Shown here piece after piece: positions 62,057 through 64,000 of a stretch of DNA of 64,000 bases (within the stretch, counting starts at the first letter, position 1; every line of letters begins with the position of its first letter). Location of the stretch: assembly GCA_963753345.1 (NCBI GenBank), contig CAVWBU010000035.1:128001-192000 (forward strand), given 5' to 3'. The stretch is from an uncultured Fibrobacterota bacterium. Its GTDB lineage: Bacteria > Fibrobacterota > Chitinivibrionia > Chitinivibrionales > FEN-1185. A program made the translations under genes and the position numbers. Under the pieces are notes generated by a model that saw only the letters and a program-made list of their open reading frames with translations, made no database searches and was not told the DNA's origin.

Positions 62057-62660
62057 TCGGTGCGCCCTTTCGATCGGCGTATGACGCAAACAGATCAATG
62101 GTTTTTCTCACCGGCAGCCCCACCACATTGTAGTAGCAGCCGTCAATCCTGTCGATAAATGCCATGGCCCTGCCCTGGATGGCATACGCTCCGGCTTTGT
62201 CGCAATACTCCCCGCGGCTGAGGTACTCGTCGATTTCCCATTGCGCAAGGGACCTGAACTGCACCGCGGTGGTCTCGATAGCGCCGGCCGCAAACCCGCA
62301 TTCGCCGCACACGAGCGCCACCGACGTCAGCACCGTGTGCCTGCGGCCGGAAAGCCGCCTGAGCATGGTCGCGGCGTCGCTCTTGGTCGTCGGCTTCCCG
62401 AGTGCCACCCCGTCAATTGAGACGACGGTGTCCGCGCCGAGCACCAGCGCGTCGGGTCGCGATACCGACACCGATTGCGCCTTGGCAACGGCAAGTGCCG
62501 CAAGCTCTTTGTCAAGCTGACGCCCGGAGAAAAAGTCGGCCTCATTTTCCACTGACGGTCGCACGACATCAAACTCGAAACCCAGGGCCGAGAGAATCTC
62601 GCGCCGGCGAGGGGATTGCGAAGCAAGAATAATGCGCCTATCGGGATTTCTCCACACCAT
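62049..62660 (-). CDS. maf: Maf nucleotide pyrophosphatase
   Basis: ILASQSPRRREIL, GADTVV, DKAGAYAIQG, NVVGLP. Confidence 0.95.
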   Translation of the reverse strand: MVWRNPDRRIILASQSPRRREILSALGFEFDVVRPSVENEADFFSGRQLDKELAALAVAKAQSVSVSRPDALVLGADTVVSIDGVALGKPTTKSDAATMLRRLSGRRHTVLTSVALVCGECGFAAGAIETTAVQFRSLAQWEIDEYLSRGEYCDKAGAYAIQGRAMAFIDRIDGCYYNVVGLPVRKTIDLFASYADRKGAPNV

Positions 62661-62740
62661 GGTAAATATACTTATCCTTCGGCATGCGCGGCAATGGGCC
62701 GTAGTTCTAGTGGGGTTATATGAAAATCAAAAATAACAAA

Positions 62741-63195
62741 TTGGGCGTTCCCCTCGGCCTCGCATGGGCGCGGCCTCGGGTCGGTTCTCCCTCCGGTCTC
62801 GTCCTTCGTTCTCGGGCCGCCTCGGCCCTATGGCCCACAGGGCCGGGTCCGGGCGGCACCGCGCTCTGGCGCGGCCTCCGGTCGCCCCTAACGCGCGGCA
62901 GTGGAAATCTATTCTGTCAACTTCTTTTTTTGCGCCAATCGGCATCCGCTTGAAATCTACTGTCAACTGCCAACTGTTTACGCCTTTTCTTCTCAATCTC
63001 TCAACTGCTCAACTTCTCAACTATTCAACCGCTCTCCGTGGGTGCCCCCACACAGGTGCTTGATTCTTGCCACTACCTTCACTTGGGGTGCACCCAGGAG
63101 GGGATTGCGCCCGCCCAACAGGAAGGGCGGAAAGCGCCGCAGGACACCGCAGGCCGAAGGCCGAGGAGGCCGGAGCGAGGGGGATACTTCCCCTC
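62741..63195 (-). repeat. Dispersed structured element, copy 12 (full length)
   Basis: All boxes on the minus strand, with a TCAACT-repeat linker. Confidence 0.9.
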
Positions 63196-63221
63196 TCAAA
63201 TACAATGAAATAGCTTGAAAT

Positions 63222-64000
63222 CTAGCCGAAATCAACAACGGAAGAATCGCCGAGGTTCAGGGTGATTTTCTTTCCCTTGAGCACCGCGTTCGGGCCGATG
63301 ATGGAGTTCTCCAGAACGCAATCGCTTACCGATGCGTTGTTCTCGACAATGCTGTCCGTGATCTGGCACTTGGTGATTTTCGCGCCTTCGGCGATGGTGA
63401 CGTTCGGCCCGATGATCGACTGGAATATCTCGCATGATTCGTGGATGTTTACCGGCTGTATCACGATATTGTCCTTGAGCATGCGCCGGGGAGTGTGCGA
63501 ATTTGAATTGCGGGGGAGCATGTACCGGTTGGTCGCGAGCAGTGCCTTCATCCCGCCGCAGTCGAACCATCCGTCGATGAGCGCCGTCGTGAAAACATGA
63601 CCATCGTCAATCATCTGCTGAAGCGCATCGGTAAGCTGGTACTCGCGGGCGGTCTTCTTCCTGCCAGCGATCATCGATGCAAGCGTTTTTGCAAGCAGGG
63701 CGCCGTCGCGGATCAGGTACAGGCCCACCACCGCGAGCCCCGATTCGACGTCGGGTTTTTCCACGATCCTAAGAACCCTGCCGTTCTTACCCGTAAAGAC
63801 GATGCCGAACTGCCGGGCGTCGGATTCAAGGTGCTTCACGCCAAGGACCGAGGTTCGCAGACTCGCAAATTTTGTAAGATCGAAATCGAGAATGGTGTCG
63901 CCCAGGATGATAAGAACGGGCGAATGGGTGAAGTACGGAGCGGCGCAGCTGATTGCATGGCCGAGCCCCAGCGGCTCCTTCTGATCCACGAACCGGGTGG
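63222..64000 (-). CDS. Sugar-phosphate nucleotidyltransferase (G1P thymidylyltransferase-like), 5' truncated
   Basis: Q.EPLGLGHAI, ILGDTI, EKP, EYQLTDAL, WFDCG, hexapeptide tail. Confidence 0.88.
   Translation of the reverse strand, partial: TRFVDQKEPLGLGHAISCAAPYFTHSPVLIILGDTILDFDLTKFASLRTSVLGVKHLESDARQFGIVFTGKNGRVLRIVEKPDVESGLAVVGLYLIRDGALLAKTLASMIAGRKKTAREYQLTDALQQMIDDGHVFTTALIDGWFDCGGMKALLATNRYMLPRNSNSHTPRRMLKDNIVIQPVNIHESCEIFQSIIGPNVTIAEGAKITKCQITDSIVENNASVSDCVLENSIIGPNAVLKGKKITLNLGDSSVVDFG

Overview
GC-rich bacterial chromosomal window. The gene mix (GH30/GH16 enzymes, secreted proteins with T9SS-like C-terminal sorting domains, UPF0182, Do protease) suggests Fibrobacterota/Chitinivibrionia, which is an inference only. 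Housekeeping genes include guaB, mazG, obgE, rimI, rimO, hisB, hisC, tatD, maf, PiT/DUF47 and a PAS hybrid kinase with an HD-GYP regulator. There are two T6SS-spike-related accessory clusters: LysM-VgrG-PAAR at 34.9-42.0 kb, and DcrB adaptor/amidohydrolase/putative immunity at 15.5-20.7 kb. A CxxU selenoprotein missing from the ORF track lies at 10512-10736. The most striking signal is a dispersed, modular, non-coding element of about 100-455 bp present 13 times. Its stems show compensatory changes, its loops are often C-GNA-G triloops typical of folded single-stranded DNA, and it usually sits next to stop codons. Its 3' terminus also brackets a RAYT-like HUH (Y1) transposase gene at 34.3-34.9 kb. 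Together these suggest a giant REPIN-like ssDNA element system. Several single-base frameshifts, including one in hisC, look like sequencing indels.
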